A DNA stretch of 64,000 nucleotides from Andalucia godoyi And28 (lineage: Eukaryota; Protista; Jakobida). The notes beneath the pieces are model-generated. The model had not been told where the DNA came from. It searched no databases and saw only the letters and a program-made list of their open reading frames with translations. Position numbers and translations under genes: made by a program. The stretch's first letter is position 1. Each line of letters starts with the position of its first letter. Location of the stretch: contig VRVR01000012.1 of the NCBI GenBank assembly GCA_009859145.1, positions 186,001 to 250,000 of the forward strand, given 5' to 3'. Positions 1-10,302 of this stretch are shown here, piece by piece.

Positions 1-1
1 T

Positions 2-2158
2 GGAGTTCTTGCGCTGATCTGTATCAGTGCGTTTGCAATCCGTCTGTTTGCGGTTCTCCGCTATGAATCGATCATCCACGAATTCGATCCGTACTTTAAC
101 TTTCGGTCCACAAAGTACCTCGTTGAAAACGGGTTCTACTCGTTCCGAAACTGGTTCGACGATTTTACGTGGTATCCTCTCGGACGCATGATTGGCTCCA
201 CGGTATTTCCTGGTCTTATGGCCACGTCGGCGCTTTTGTACTGGGCGCTCCATGCGATTAACATTACTGTGGATATTCGAAATGTTTGCGTGTTTCTGGC
301 TCCGTTGTTCGCGGCGTTCACGTGCCTTGTTGCATATTCACTTACAAAGACTGTGTCAAATGCTCGGGCTGGTCTGTTGGCGGCAGCGATCATGTCTGTG
401 GTTCCGGGATACATTTCCCGCTCCGTAGCTGGTTCATACGATAATGAATGCGTGGCAATCTTTGCACTCATCAATTCTTTCTATTGGTTTGTGCGTTCTG
501 TGCAAACCGGATCGTTGCTGCACTCGTCTTTTTCTGCTCTTGCGTACTTTTACATGGTCAACTGCTGGGGTGGGTACATTTTCATTGCAAACTTGGTTCC
601 ACTATACGTTATTGCAATGCTCTTCATGGGACGCTACTCACGACGGCTGTACATCGCATATTCAATCTTCTTTGTCTTGGGAACGATTCTTGCAATGCAG
701 GTGCGTTTCGTTGGATTTGCTGCAATCTTGTCTTCTGAGCATATGCTCCTCTTTGTGGCCTTTGCTGCTGTTCAGCTGTATGCATTCTCGATGTGGCTTC
801 GCTCGCTTCTGTCAGAAACGCAGTTCAAGATCCTGATCAAGACTCTCGCCGTGTCCGTGGCGTCAGTCGCTGGCTTTTTCTTGGTCCTCGGAACCGCATT
901 TGGAATCATCTCGCCGTTCTCTGGTCGTCTTTACTCGCTTCTGGATCCGACGTATGCAAAGGACCACATCCCCATCATCGCGTCCGTTTCTGAGCACCAG
1001 CCGACATCATGGGGTTCGTTCTTCTTCGATTTGTACTTTTTGACTGTGTTCATGCCCGTTGGCTTTTACTTCATCATTATCAAGAAAACAAACCGACCCA
1101 AAATCAACGCGACCGAAGACCAATCTGCGGATGGCGAAGAGGCGGTCCGCGACGGAGCTCTCTTTCTTGCAGTGTACTGCTTGTCTTCAGTTTACTTTGC
1201 AGGAGTGATGGTTCGTTTGATGCTGGTGCTCGCGCCTGCTGCAGTCATGGTGTCGTCCATCGGGATCTCGGGTTTGCTGGATTCGTACATGCTTCCGATC
1301 AAACAAGCACTTGTTGCGTCGGGGTCTGCGTCTGCCACTCCGTCAAGCTCCTCCAAGAAATCATCCACCTCGTCGTCGTCGTCCTCCTCCAAGGAGCTTC
1401 GCAAGGGCGGACTTCCATGGACAATTGCAACGGTTTTGGTGTTGACTCTTACGTTCTTTCTCTTCAACTTCCAGTGGCACGGTCTGTGGGTTACCTCCGA
1501 GGCTTATTCTTCTCCCTCCATTGTTCTGTCGGCGCGCGGCCACAATGGCCAACGCATCATTTTTGATGATTTCCGAGAGGCATACTATTGGCTTCGCATG
1601 AACACTGCAGAGGATGCAAAGGTGATGTCCTGGTGGGACTACGGATACCAGATCACGGCAATGGCAAACCGCACCGTTCTTGTTGACAACAACACGTGGA
1701 ACAACACACACATCGCCACTGTTGGTCGTGCCATGAATGCAGACGAAGACACTTCGATTCAGATTATGCGCGCATTGGATGTTGACTATGTCTTGGTCGT
1801 CTTTGGTGGGCTATCTGGGTATGCGTCGGATGACATTAACAAGTTCTTGTGGATGGTTCGCATTTCGGGATCTGTGGACAAGAACGTGGTCGAAACGGAC
1901 TGGTACTCCAAGCATGGCTTCTACACGTCCGGACCCACGGCGTCCGACACGATGACCAACTCCGTCATGTACAAGTGTTCGTACTACCGATTTGGGGAAG
2001 TCACGACCGATTATAACCAGCCCACCGGATATGACCGTGCGCGTGGATACGAGATTGCAGTCAAGGATGTCAAACTCAAGTATCTTGAAGAGGCCTTCAC
2101 AAGCGAGCACTGGATGGTCCGCATCTATCGCGTGAAGAAGCCGCAAGCCACCCAGTAG
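2..2158 (+). CDS. STT3: Oligosaccharyltransferase catalytic subunit STT3 (5'-partial; the frame is open from the window edge)
   Basis: The frame from nt 2 reads ...RLFAVLRYESIIHEFDPYFNFR and continues in frame into ORF 188..2158. It has many TM segments, the WWDYG motif and DNNTWNNTHIA. Confidence 0.97.
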   Translation, partial: GVLALICISAFAIRLFAVLRYESIIHEFDPYFNFRSTKYLVENGFYSFRNWFDDFTWYPLGRMIGSTVFPGLMATSALLYWALHAINITVDIRNVCVFLAPLFAAFTCLVAYSLTKTVSNARAGLLAAAIMSVVPGYISRSVAGSYDNECVAIFALINSFYWFVRSVQTGSLLHSSFSALAYFYMVNCWGGYIFIANLVPLYVIAMLFMGRYSRRLYIAYSIFFVLGTILAMQVRFVGFAAILSSEHMLLFVAFAAVQLYAFSMWLRSLLSETQFKILIKTLAVSVASVAGFFLVLGTAFGIISPFSGRLYSLLDPTYAKDHIPIIASVSEHQPTSWGSFFFDLYFLTVFMPVGFYFIIIKKTNRPKINATEDQSADGEEAVRDGALFLAVYCLSSVYFAGVMVRLMLVLAPAAVMVSSIGISGLLDSYMLPIKQALVASGSASATPSSSSKKSSTSSSSSSSKELRKGGLPWTIATVLVLTLTFFLFNFQWHGLWVTSEAYSSPSIVLSARGHNGQRIIFDDFREAYYWLRMNTAEDAKVMSWWDYGYQITAMANRTVLVDNNTWNNTHIATVGRAMNADEDTSIQIMRALDVDYVLVVFGGLSGYASDDINKFLWMVRISGSVDKNVVETDWYSKHGFYTSGPTASDTMTNSVMYKCSYYRFGEVTTDYNQPTGYDRARGYEIAVKDVKLKYLEEAFTSEHWMVRIYRVKKPQATQ

Positions 2159-2478
2159 ACTGGCGTGCCGTTCATCCATTTCATTTCCGTTTCTGTCGTC
2201 TTTGAATGCGCATGCCTGCTTTCCCGTGTCTTTGCGTATGTGTGCATGTGCGTGTGTGTCCTACGTTTCATAAAAGAGATGAATCTTTTTTTCCCCTGCA
2301 GCTTCTGTCATTTTTATGCTCTCTTCGCAAACGTCGTGAAATGCCAGTCGTACGTTTCGCAGAACTTGACTTTTTTAATCTCATCCTCTTCGCTGCCATT
2401 CCACCTCTTCAAAAAATACGCTTGCGATCGGCTCGCGTATGGCCCAAGAGAGGAAAAGATGCAAGAAGCAAAGGGTAA

Positions 2479-2586
2479 AAAAATATAGTTTGTCTCTCGG
2501 ACCAGTAAGGGTCATCCATATGCTGGGACCTTGCTGATTTTCTCTGTATCGTATAATCCATAGCGGATGCCCGGTTGCCCGGGTCC
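2479..2586 (-). ncRNA. U6: U6 spliceosomal snRNA (divergent)
   Basis: The minus strand reads GGACCCGG-GCAA-CCGGGCATCC (5' stem-loop) ... ACGATACAGAGA (ACAGAGA box) AAATCAGC (AGC triad) AAGGTC-CCA-GCATA-TGG-AT-GACC (internal stem-loop with bulged U) ... and a T7 Pol III terminator. Length is about 108 nt. Confidence 0.93.
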
Positions 2587-2610
2587 AATAGCCAAATGGA
2601 ATCGGAAACC

Positions 2611-2618
2611 TTTATAAA
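2611..2618 (-). promoter_or_regulatory. TATA box of the U6 Pol III promoter
   Basis: TTTATAAA lies about 25-32 nt upstream of the inferred U6 start, the expected position for a U6-type promoter. Confidence 0.7.
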
Positions 2619-2849
2619 GTAGATCCTCCATCACCATTTCTTCACTTGTGGGTGTCGTCCTATTTTCCCAGAAAAAATTCCCGCCGAATGGTACGCCGGA
2701 CTTTCCCATTTTCCCCCGAAACCCCAAATTATCTTTATTGGCTTCTGGTTTGTTTCTGGTTCTCCTTTCCAAGGAAGATTTAAAAATAATAATAATAGTA
2801 ATAATAAGAAGAAGAAGAAGAAGAAGAAGAAAGGGAGAGAAAGACGTGC

Positions 2850-5339
2850 ATGTTCTCCATAAGTCGTCTATTTTCTCGTTCTTTGCAGCAAAACATGTCT
2901 TTTAAAAAGCAGTCTCTCTTGAACTTTTTGCCGCGATCTGCAAGCAATGTCGCCGCTGCTGATGCACAGCCAAAGCCAAAGCCACAATTGTCTTTAGACA
3001 AGCCTGATGGCTCTTCGTTGGTTTCAGGTTCTGCGCCGCCGGTCCTTCCTCCGTCGTCTAGAGGCGTGATGCAACACTCGGTAAATGACATTCTTGGAAA
3101 AGTGGGAGCGACTGGAAGCAGAAAACGAGAAATGCCGGACACACTGGAGAATACTGACGATCGTCCTCCTCGTAGTAGCAGTAGTAATAGTAGCGTTCGT
3201 GGTAATAATAATAGTAATAATAATGATGATATTGATGATGAGTATGGTAGCGTTGGTGGTGCTCGCATTAATGACGAGGAGGAGGAGAAGTGTAATAGCA
3301 GTCATGAAGATGATAGGAGTCCGATTGCAGTGCAGTGCACAAGCGAAAAGGAAGCCTTGGAAAAACCAAAGGCATCAAAAATATCTACTGTTCTTTTGGA
3401 TTCGTCGTCGTCGAAACCGCAACTATCAAGTCTTGGTAGTGCTGAGCAATCGGACGAACCCCACGCAACAGTGCCGCCTTCTGGCTCAGCACCATCGACG
3501 GGGTTACCTCGAAATGAATGGGTTGCTGGGCAGCCGGTTCCCTTTGCCCATCTTTCGTTGGCGTTCAAGGCAATTTCGGATGAATCGGGAAGACTGAAGA
3601 GTACTGATTATCTTGCTGCTTGTTTCCGAGAGATTCGTCTGAAAACACCAGACGACCTTCTTCCGGCCGTATACTTGTCGACTGGAACGATTGCACCGCC
3701 GTATGCCGGAGTCGAACTTGGGATTGGAAATGCGGCAATGCAAAAGGCAATTGGAGAAGCGTACGGGAAATCCGTGCCACAGCTGAAGACGCTGTTCGAA
3801 CAGATCGGGGACTGGGGCGATGTTGCGCAAGCGTCCAAGAAAGGACTCAAGATGCTGGTCAAGCCCCAGAAACTAACCGTTCGAGGTGTCTTTGATGCAT
3901 TCAAAAAGATTGCTGCAATGTCGGGAAAGAATTCTCAGGACCTGAAGCGCTCCAAGATGATCCAGTTGATGATTTCGTGTGATGCAGAATTTTTCGAACC
4001 GCTGTTTCTGACCCGTGCATTAGAAGGAAACATGCGAATGGGCTGTGCGGAACAGACAGTACTCGATGCTCTGAGCGACGCTTTCGGTGCTGATAAGGAA
4101 GACGTGAAGAATTCGTTCAACGAATGTCCGTCATTTGACGTCCTAGTTCGGGCACTTTTGGACGCGGCTGCACAAAACGGGGACGCAAAGTGTCGCTTTG
4201 TTGTGTCGGATCGCGTGACAATCACACCAGGTGTCCCTGTGAAGCCGATGCTTGCGAAGCCGTCGAACATGGAAGAAGTTGCGGAGAAGTGTGCTGCGGA
4301 ACCGATGAAGTTTGTGACTTGCGAATACAAGTACGACGGAGAGCGTGCTCAGCTGCATCTTTCCAAAGACGGCAACGTCCACATCTTCTCGAGAAATTCG
4401 GAAAATCATACCCTGAAGTTTCCCGAAATCAGCTCTGGAATCAAGAAGCACTTCTCAAAGGAGTCGTTCATCATTGACGCAGAAGTAGTGGCCATGGAAG
4501 GGAACAAAATCCTTCCATTCCAAACACTGTCCACTCGCGCTCGCAAGAATGTTGATGCGTCCGCAGAACAAAAGGTCCTCATCACTGTTTTCGCCTTTGA
4601 TTTACTGTTCTACAATGGCGAATCGCTGATTGCAAAACCGCTGAAAGAACGGCGGGATCTGCTAAAGAAGTTTTTTACACCCGTTCCAGGACTGTTCGAT
4701 TTCGCCACGTTTGACGACATGGACGCCACCGACGCTGAAGAAATGACCAATTTCTTCCATCAGTCATTAGTCGCCAACTGCGAAGGCATCATGGTGAAAG
4801 TGCTGGCGGATCCCTATGAACCTGGACGTCGTTCCGCTGGCTGGTTCAAAGTGAAGAAAGACTACCAAGAAGGCTTGATGGATTCTCTTGATCTTGTTCC
4901 CATCGGTGCGTATCTCGGAAAAGGAAAGCGAACTGGAGTCTACGGAGCATTCCTCTTAGCATGCTACGACTCGGATCGTGATGAATACCAGTCGATTTGC
5001 AAGATTGGAACTGGGTTTTCTGAAGAGGATTTGCAAAAGTTCACAGATTTGTTGAAAGAACATGTCATTCCCGCGCGCCCTCCTCAATATTCGGTTCCGG
5101 ACAAGAGCGATCTTATCCCGGATGTGTGGTTTGACACCAAGGTAGTATGGGAAGTCCGCGCCGCTGACCTCTCGCTGTCGCCCGTCCATCGCGCTGCCTA
5201 CGGAACCATCAAGGATGATCGCGGAGTCGCCCTTCGTTTTCCAAGATTTCTTCGCGTGCGGACAGACAAGGCTGCGCAAGATGCAACCTCTGCTGAACAA
5301 GTCGTCGACATGTATCATAACCAAGCCTCCATAAAGTAA
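2850..5339 (+). CDS. LIG1: DNA ligase I (ATP-dependent); two in-frame starts at 2850 and 2895
   Basis: Motifs include EYKYDGERA (adenylation Lys), FDLLFYNG, EGIMVK, WFKVKKDY and LRFPRF. The N-terminus is low-complexity and carries a PIP-box-like KQSLLNFL. Confidence 0.97.
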   Translation: MFSISRLFSRSLQQNMSFKKQSLLNFLPRSASNVAAADAQPKPKPQLSLDKPDGSSLVSGSAPPVLPPSSRGVMQHSVNDILGKVGATGSRKREMPDTLENTDDRPPRSSSSNSSVRGNNNSNNNDDIDDEYGSVGGARINDEEEEKCNSSHEDDRSPIAVQCTSEKEALEKPKASKISTVLLDSSSSKPQLSSLGSAEQSDEPHATVPPSGSAPSTGLPRNEWVAGQPVPFAHLSLAFKAISDESGRLKSTDYLAACFREIRLKTPDDLLPAVYLSTGTIAPPYAGVELGIGNAAMQKAIGEAYGKSVPQLKTLFEQIGDWGDVAQASKKGLKMLVKPQKLTVRGVFDAFKKIAAMSGKNSQDLKRSKMIQLMISCDAEFFEPLFLTRALEGNMRMGCAEQTVLDALSDAFGADKEDVKNSFNECPSFDVLVRALLDAAAQNGDAKCRFVVSDRVTITPGVPVKPMLAKPSNMEEVAEKCAAEPMKFVTCEYKYDGERAQLHLSKDGNVHIFSRNSENHTLKFPEISSGIKKHFSKESFIIDAEVVAMEGNKILPFQTLSTRARKNVDASAEQKVLITVFAFDLLFYNGESLIAKPLKERRDLLKKFFTPVPGLFDFATFDDMDATDAEEMTNFFHQSLVANCEGIMVKVLADPYEPGRRSAGWFKVKKDYQEGLMDSLDLVPIGAYLGKGKRTGVYGAFLLACYDSDRDEYQSICKIGTGFSEEDLQKFTDLLKEHVIPARPPQYSVPDKSDLIPDVWFDTKVVWEVRAADLSLSPVHRAAYGTIKDDRGVALRFPRFLRVRTDKAAQDATSAEQVVDMYHNQASIK

Positions 5340-5800
5340 CCCTTAAAAGCTATCGGTAATTCCAAAAATTCTTCCTACTCCACACGTCTCCTGCATCCGC
5401 TTGCACGTCTAGAGTCAACTGCTGGCTGTAGTGCCCTCCAGAGCGCCACTGGACATTTTTTCCCGCCTCGTGGGAGTTCAGGCGGTTCACTGGAAAGCCC
5501 CTCTCAAAACGCCAATCCTTTTCATACTTGCGAGCTTCTCTGATAAACCTTCGTTTTTCATTTTCTTTTTAAGATTTCTTTTTTCTAATTTTTAAATATC
5601 ATATTATTATTATCATTTTATTATTATTATTTTTATTATTATTACTGCTTAGCTTGCTACTCGCTAACTTTTTCCCTGTCCCTTTCATACAGGATATCCG
5701 GAGATTTTTTCCCCTATATATATATTATTATCTTTCATTATTTGTTTTTTGTGGGCTTTTTTTACGAGGTGGGTAGAATTCAAACAAGCGAGAAACAAAA

Positions 5801-7405
5801 ATGGACCTTTCTGAATTGTTCTCGACTCCGCCCCCTGTTTCTCGAAAGCATCTGAAGCGAGATCAGCCGGGATCTGAGGTGCCCGCGCTTGCCGGTACGG
5901 ATGCTGATGCTGATGCTGATGTCTCTTGTTCGCACAGCTCGCCGTTGTCGAGTTCGTCGAGGACATGTGCCAATACCGAGTGGAGCACTCCTTCTACAAG
6001 CATTATTCACGGTGTCCAGACTCCCTCGACTTGCTCGCCTATCTCCAATTCGGTCCCGTTGTCGTTAAACACGGCCTTCTTCTCGCCGCCAGTTTCCAGC
6101 GAAATGCCTCCTCCTCCACCAACAAAGGTCGCAAAGACAAGCTCCAAAGCGGATCTGAATGCGCTGTTCCTGTCTCCAACCATGTCGTCTACGCGTTCAC
6201 CGACTGCTCAGCCAGAGAACAACACAGGCGCTGCAAACGAACGGCAGCTTTTCGCCAACGAATCAAAGGAAAAGGAGGGAAAGGGAAAGAAGAGCGCGAA
6301 GGCGAAAGAATCCAAGCCAGCAGATACAGAGTCGAAAGTGGCTATTTCATGTCCGGGTGATCACATGCTCAGTGCAGAACTGGGGTACTTTGATGCATGC
6401 ATGTGGAATGTCGTTGCAAAGCATCCAAAGAGACCGCTTCAGCAGGATAAGCTTCTACTGATGGCCATGGCGACGTCGAAGGATTGTGCAGATCGTGTGC
6501 GATACTGTGCTGTTGGTGAATTTGTGGAAGAGCCTGGAGAGACCAAGAAGTTCAGACTCCTTGCAGGGTCTTCTTTGCAGTCAGGAAACGGCTGGAAGAA
6601 AAGATCGCAAAAGTCAACAGCAGAAAACAAAAGAAAAACTCTTGGCGGACCAGAACTGTTTCGGATTTCCCCTGATCCAGAATACGGCAACTTTGTCTTG
6701 CTTCAGAACGATGTCACGGTCGACTCGGCGGAAGATGCAGCTAAGCTGGTTCTTGGGAAAGTGCTCAAGTGGGAGATGTTCGACACACATGCTCGACAGT
6801 CGCTGAAAAACATGATTCAGACGTTTTCCCAAGGAGCACGACCGTCCGCGGAAGTTTTTCGGCCATTCACAGACAAGTTTGAGCAGGCGCCACCGAGGCA
6901 AAGAGAGTCTTGGTACCAGTCTTATGACGAAGAGGTGCTCGAATCGGCGGCGGACCCGCTTGTCAAAGCTAAGGAACGCCTCGTTGCTCTGGCACGAGAG
7001 TACGCACCGGGTGAAAGGACTCTTTCCAGTTTGATTGCAGAAGCCAAGCGCACGCCACAAAGAATATCTTCCAGTAGCTCCTCGAAGGCCCACAGTCAGA
7101 GCCAGAGGCACCTGCAGATGGTGGACGTCACCGTCGCTGTTTTGGATTCCAGCGGTGACCTCGTCACCGAGAAGTTTGCACGTGTTCCGATCCCACAGCT
7201 TGCCAGTGTTTCCACTGCGTTTCCAAATATCCAGGTTGGAAAGTCGTTCATTGCGTACATGATCCAACGCAGAGATGACGACGAAGGACGGATCATTCAG
7301 GTTCCAAGCATGAGCAAACGCAGAGTGGCGGATGTCCAAGGAACGCTGCCGGAAATTGTGTCGAAATGCAAAATCTCCGGCATCGCGCTCGAGATCGTCG
7401 AGTGA
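5801..7405 (+). CDS. Hypothetical protein, 534 aa (Ser/Pro-rich N-terminus, globular C-terminal half)
   Basis: A long ATG-initiated ORF between AT-rich spacers with protein-like composition. No family recognised. Confidence 0.75.
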   Translation: MDLSELFSTPPPVSRKHLKRDQPGSEVPALAGTDADADADVSCSHSSPLSSSSRTCANTEWSTPSTSIIHGVQTPSTCSPISNSVPLSLNTAFFSPPVSSEMPPPPPTKVAKTSSKADLNALFLSPTMSSTRSPTAQPENNTGAANERQLFANESKEKEGKGKKSAKAKESKPADTESKVAISCPGDHMLSAELGYFDACMWNVVAKHPKRPLQQDKLLLMAMATSKDCADRVRYCAVGEFVEEPGETKKFRLLAGSSLQSGNGWKKRSQKSTAENKRKTLGGPELFRISPDPEYGNFVLLQNDVTVDSAEDAAKLVLGKVLKWEMFDTHARQSLKNMIQTFSQGARPSAEVFRPFTDKFEQAPPRQRESWYQSYDEEVLESAADPLVKAKERLVALAREYAPGERTLSSLIAEAKRTPQRISSSSSSKAHSQSQRHLQMVDVTVAVLDSSGDLVTEKFARVPIPQLASVSTAFPNIQVGKSFIAYMIQRRDDDEGRIIQVPSMSKRRVADVQGTLPEIVSKCKISGIALEIVE

Positions 7406-7459
7406 TAATCGTCTGTCAAAGCGCCGCTCGAGGAGGTGGGTGGGAACGCAACATACACC

Positions 7460-7462
<3 letters not shown>

Positions 7463-7515
<53 letters not shown>
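7463..7515. repeat. (GA)n microsatellite
   Basis: A perfect AG dinucleotide run of about 26 units between two convergent genes. Confidence 0.98.
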
Positions 7516-7517
<2 letters not shown>

Positions 7518-7592
7518 CAAGGTTTCATCGCAGTAAATTGTTTTAAACAACACGGAAAAAGACGGAAATAGGCACGTTCCGCTGTGCATATT

Positions 7593-9033
7593 CTAGACCC
7601 GTTCACGAAGAGCTTTTGGAATCTCTCGATGCGGTGGGCTGGCCTTCGTTGCGGGGTCAGGAGCATTGGAGGCCTTTGCAAAAGAAATGGCAGGACTGCC
7701 GGACACGCAGACGGGAGATCTGTTCTCGGTTCCATACTGTGAATTGGAGGAATTGCTGTGGGGAGCCCACATCTTTTGGGCTGGAGATAGCGAACCCGTG
7801 GTCTGCTGCGGCCTATTTGACTGCGGAGACGTACGCAGGACTGTCGATGCAATCGAAGAAAGAGGAGGATTCGAGGATACATTGTCTTGCGTCTTCTTTG
7901 CATCCACAGCCAGGAACGAGTGCATGAGATGCGCCAGACCTTCCACATTGCGTGACATCTTGTACTGCCGGTTTTCATGCTCGACACGCTCTAGTCGATC
8001 CATCACGTCCCGCATCTGAGACTTCAGCGTCTTGTTTTCGTCGTCGACAACATCGACGCGCTCCTGAAGTTCCGCCCTTTCCGACTCTGTGTTTTCCCAG
8101 TTCATAATCAGCTCCCGATGCGCTTCCTTCTGAGTCTTGAGTTCTGCCTGACACTGCGATACATATGTTGTCAGTCGATCGATGGTTGCCATCATTCGCT
8201 CTGTCATGGACGCATACCCCGAGGGGTGTTCTTCTTCCTCGTGACCGGCCGAATTCCCCTTTCTCGTCGGCATATCAAACGACTCTGAATTTGCAGAATG
8301 ACATTGCGAATCTTCCAATTGAGACACTGTCGATTGCAAATGGTCGATTTGGTCGCAGAGCATTGAAGGTGATCCATTCGATATGTTCACAGCACCGCTG
8401 TTCTGTTTGTTCGTTGGACTCTTCCAGTCGTCGATGAACTTTGTAAACTCTGATTTTCTCATCGCAAAAGGCGCGTCTTCGATAATGCGGTACGAAGAAA
8501 GCGGCAGCGAAGTCATTTGCGGCTCGACGCTATACGAGTGTTCACTCGGGCTTCTCGCAGATATCGGCTGTTGTCGAGCAGAAACCAAGGAGTCATGCGG
8601 GGACCCTCGAGCAGACTGCATACTCGAGCCCCCTTTCAAAGCAGAGCGCGGTAAGTTCAGTGGTTGAACTGCAGAAACATTCACAGGTTTCACCGCTCTG
8701 TGCAAAAGCTCCATCCGTGCAGTCTCAATGTTCTTGGACTTCAGCGCCACCCTTTTCCTCTCTGCCTCATCCTCTGTAATCCTGTATTGGTTCAAGTCAT
8801 GGATCGTGCTCTGTCAAAAACCCACAAAACACACACGCACACAGAGTCCGGAAAGAGTCCCATGCAAGAATGATAATTGGAAACGAGAAAGTAAGAAACA
8901 CATTGAAGTAACAACAAAAAATAAGAATCGAGTGATTAAAAGGCAACAAAGGAAAACGTACAACCCACTGCGGTTTCGGCTGTGGAGCTTGTGCGCGTGG
9001 TCTTGGCGCAGACTGAGGTCGTCGGCGATGCAT
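7593..9033 (-). CDS. SPICE1: SPICE1/CCDC52-like centriolar coiled-coil protein; exons 9033..8962 and 8810..7593
   Basis: A phase-0 GTACGT...CAG intron (8961..8811) joins MHRRR...PKPQWV to STIHDLNQYRITEDEAERKRVALKSKN. This resembles the SPICE N-terminal W..T..DL...R...KSKN motif. A coiled coil lies downstream. Confidence 0.7.
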
Positions 9034-9094
9034 TCTCCGTGTGAAAATTTCAGAAAAGCACAAAAGTAAATCAATTCGAATTGGAGAAAACAAA

Positions 9095-9132
<38 letters not shown>

Positions 9133-9590
9133 AATAATCAGAATACACAAAAGCACTGAAAAGAGAAAAAGGAAAAAGAGACAGAAAAGGCTTTTTCGTC
9201 AATGCAGAGTCCGTTATTGATGCAGTATTTCCCGCCCAAAATCACTTTAACGAGTTTCAAGAACTACAGTCGACGGTTCGTACAAAAATCGTACACAAGC
9301 CAAGACAGAAAGGCGGGAGGGGGGGCCATGCCGCAGTATTATCGACCTCCCACGCGGCCACGCCATTCTGGGCGCCTTTGTTGCCAGTGACCTGACATCA
9401 AGCGAAGCCCGGATGGAGTAGATGCTAAGGATGGTCGACGACCCTGTATTTTCGCATAGTCAAAACCACACAGTAATTGTGTGCCGTGTGCGGGACGACA
9501 GTAGATACTGGTGAGTTGGACAGAAATTGCATTCTTTGTCTAATGAACTGATAAATAATATGGGGAACTACCAAACGAACAAGAACGGGA

Positions 9591-10270
9591 TTAGCAAAAT
9601 GAAGAAAACCCTAAGCTGCGTCCGGTTTTCGCACGATCCACGGTTTCCATGATTCCCATTATGCTCATGGCAATGCAGGAGATGATCGTCAGAGAAGCGA
9701 CGAGGAAGACAATGATGCTGACTCTACCCCACCGCTTGATGGCATGATCTAACGTAAACTGACCAGCAAATGCACTCAAAAAACCAACGACAATGAACCA
9801 AGAGGCATAGTCCGGAGTCAATGCGCCAAGAATTGCAAACTGCAGCGTGGTTGACGAAGCCGTCCAGAGGATTGTGTATGCAGACGTGGCACTTGCAACC
9901 GTTGGGTCTTCCCCAAGTTCCATCAGCAGTGGATTCAGGACAATTCCACCGCCAACTCCAATATAAGACGTCAGGATGCCTCCAAGGAACGCAAGGATAG
10001 GGCTTGCGGTAAACGTCTTTGGAGTCCAGTGCATATGCAGAGCCGTAGGACCGTACTTTCTCATCTGCGTCGCCATATTTTTGATTGCAAACAAGGTTGC
10101 AGAAACGGCCACCGGAATCGCGAGAACAGTGAGCAGCCAATACGAAGGTGAGCAAGATGGCACAACTGCCTTTCTCATAAATGCCATGATCATCAAAGGC
10201 ATCCACACTAACCCAAGAACTGCAAATGGGGTTCTAGGAAATCGCTTATACGGTGCAATGATTGGTTCAG

Positions 10271-10302
<32 letters not shown>

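Noticed and set aside
5345-5500. Hairpins (TCCAG/CTGGA, CCGCCT/AGGCGG) and an Sm-site-like AATTTTTGG on the minus strand
   Set aside because: There is no U1, U2, U4 or U5 signature and no complementarity to the U6 found here. It lies directly after the LIG1 stop and is likely 3'UTR.
6614-7987. 457-aa minus-strand ORF
   Set aside because: It is a shadow of the 5801..7405 gene, crosses the (GA)n microsatellite (SLSLSL) and overlaps the SPICE1-like gene out of frame.
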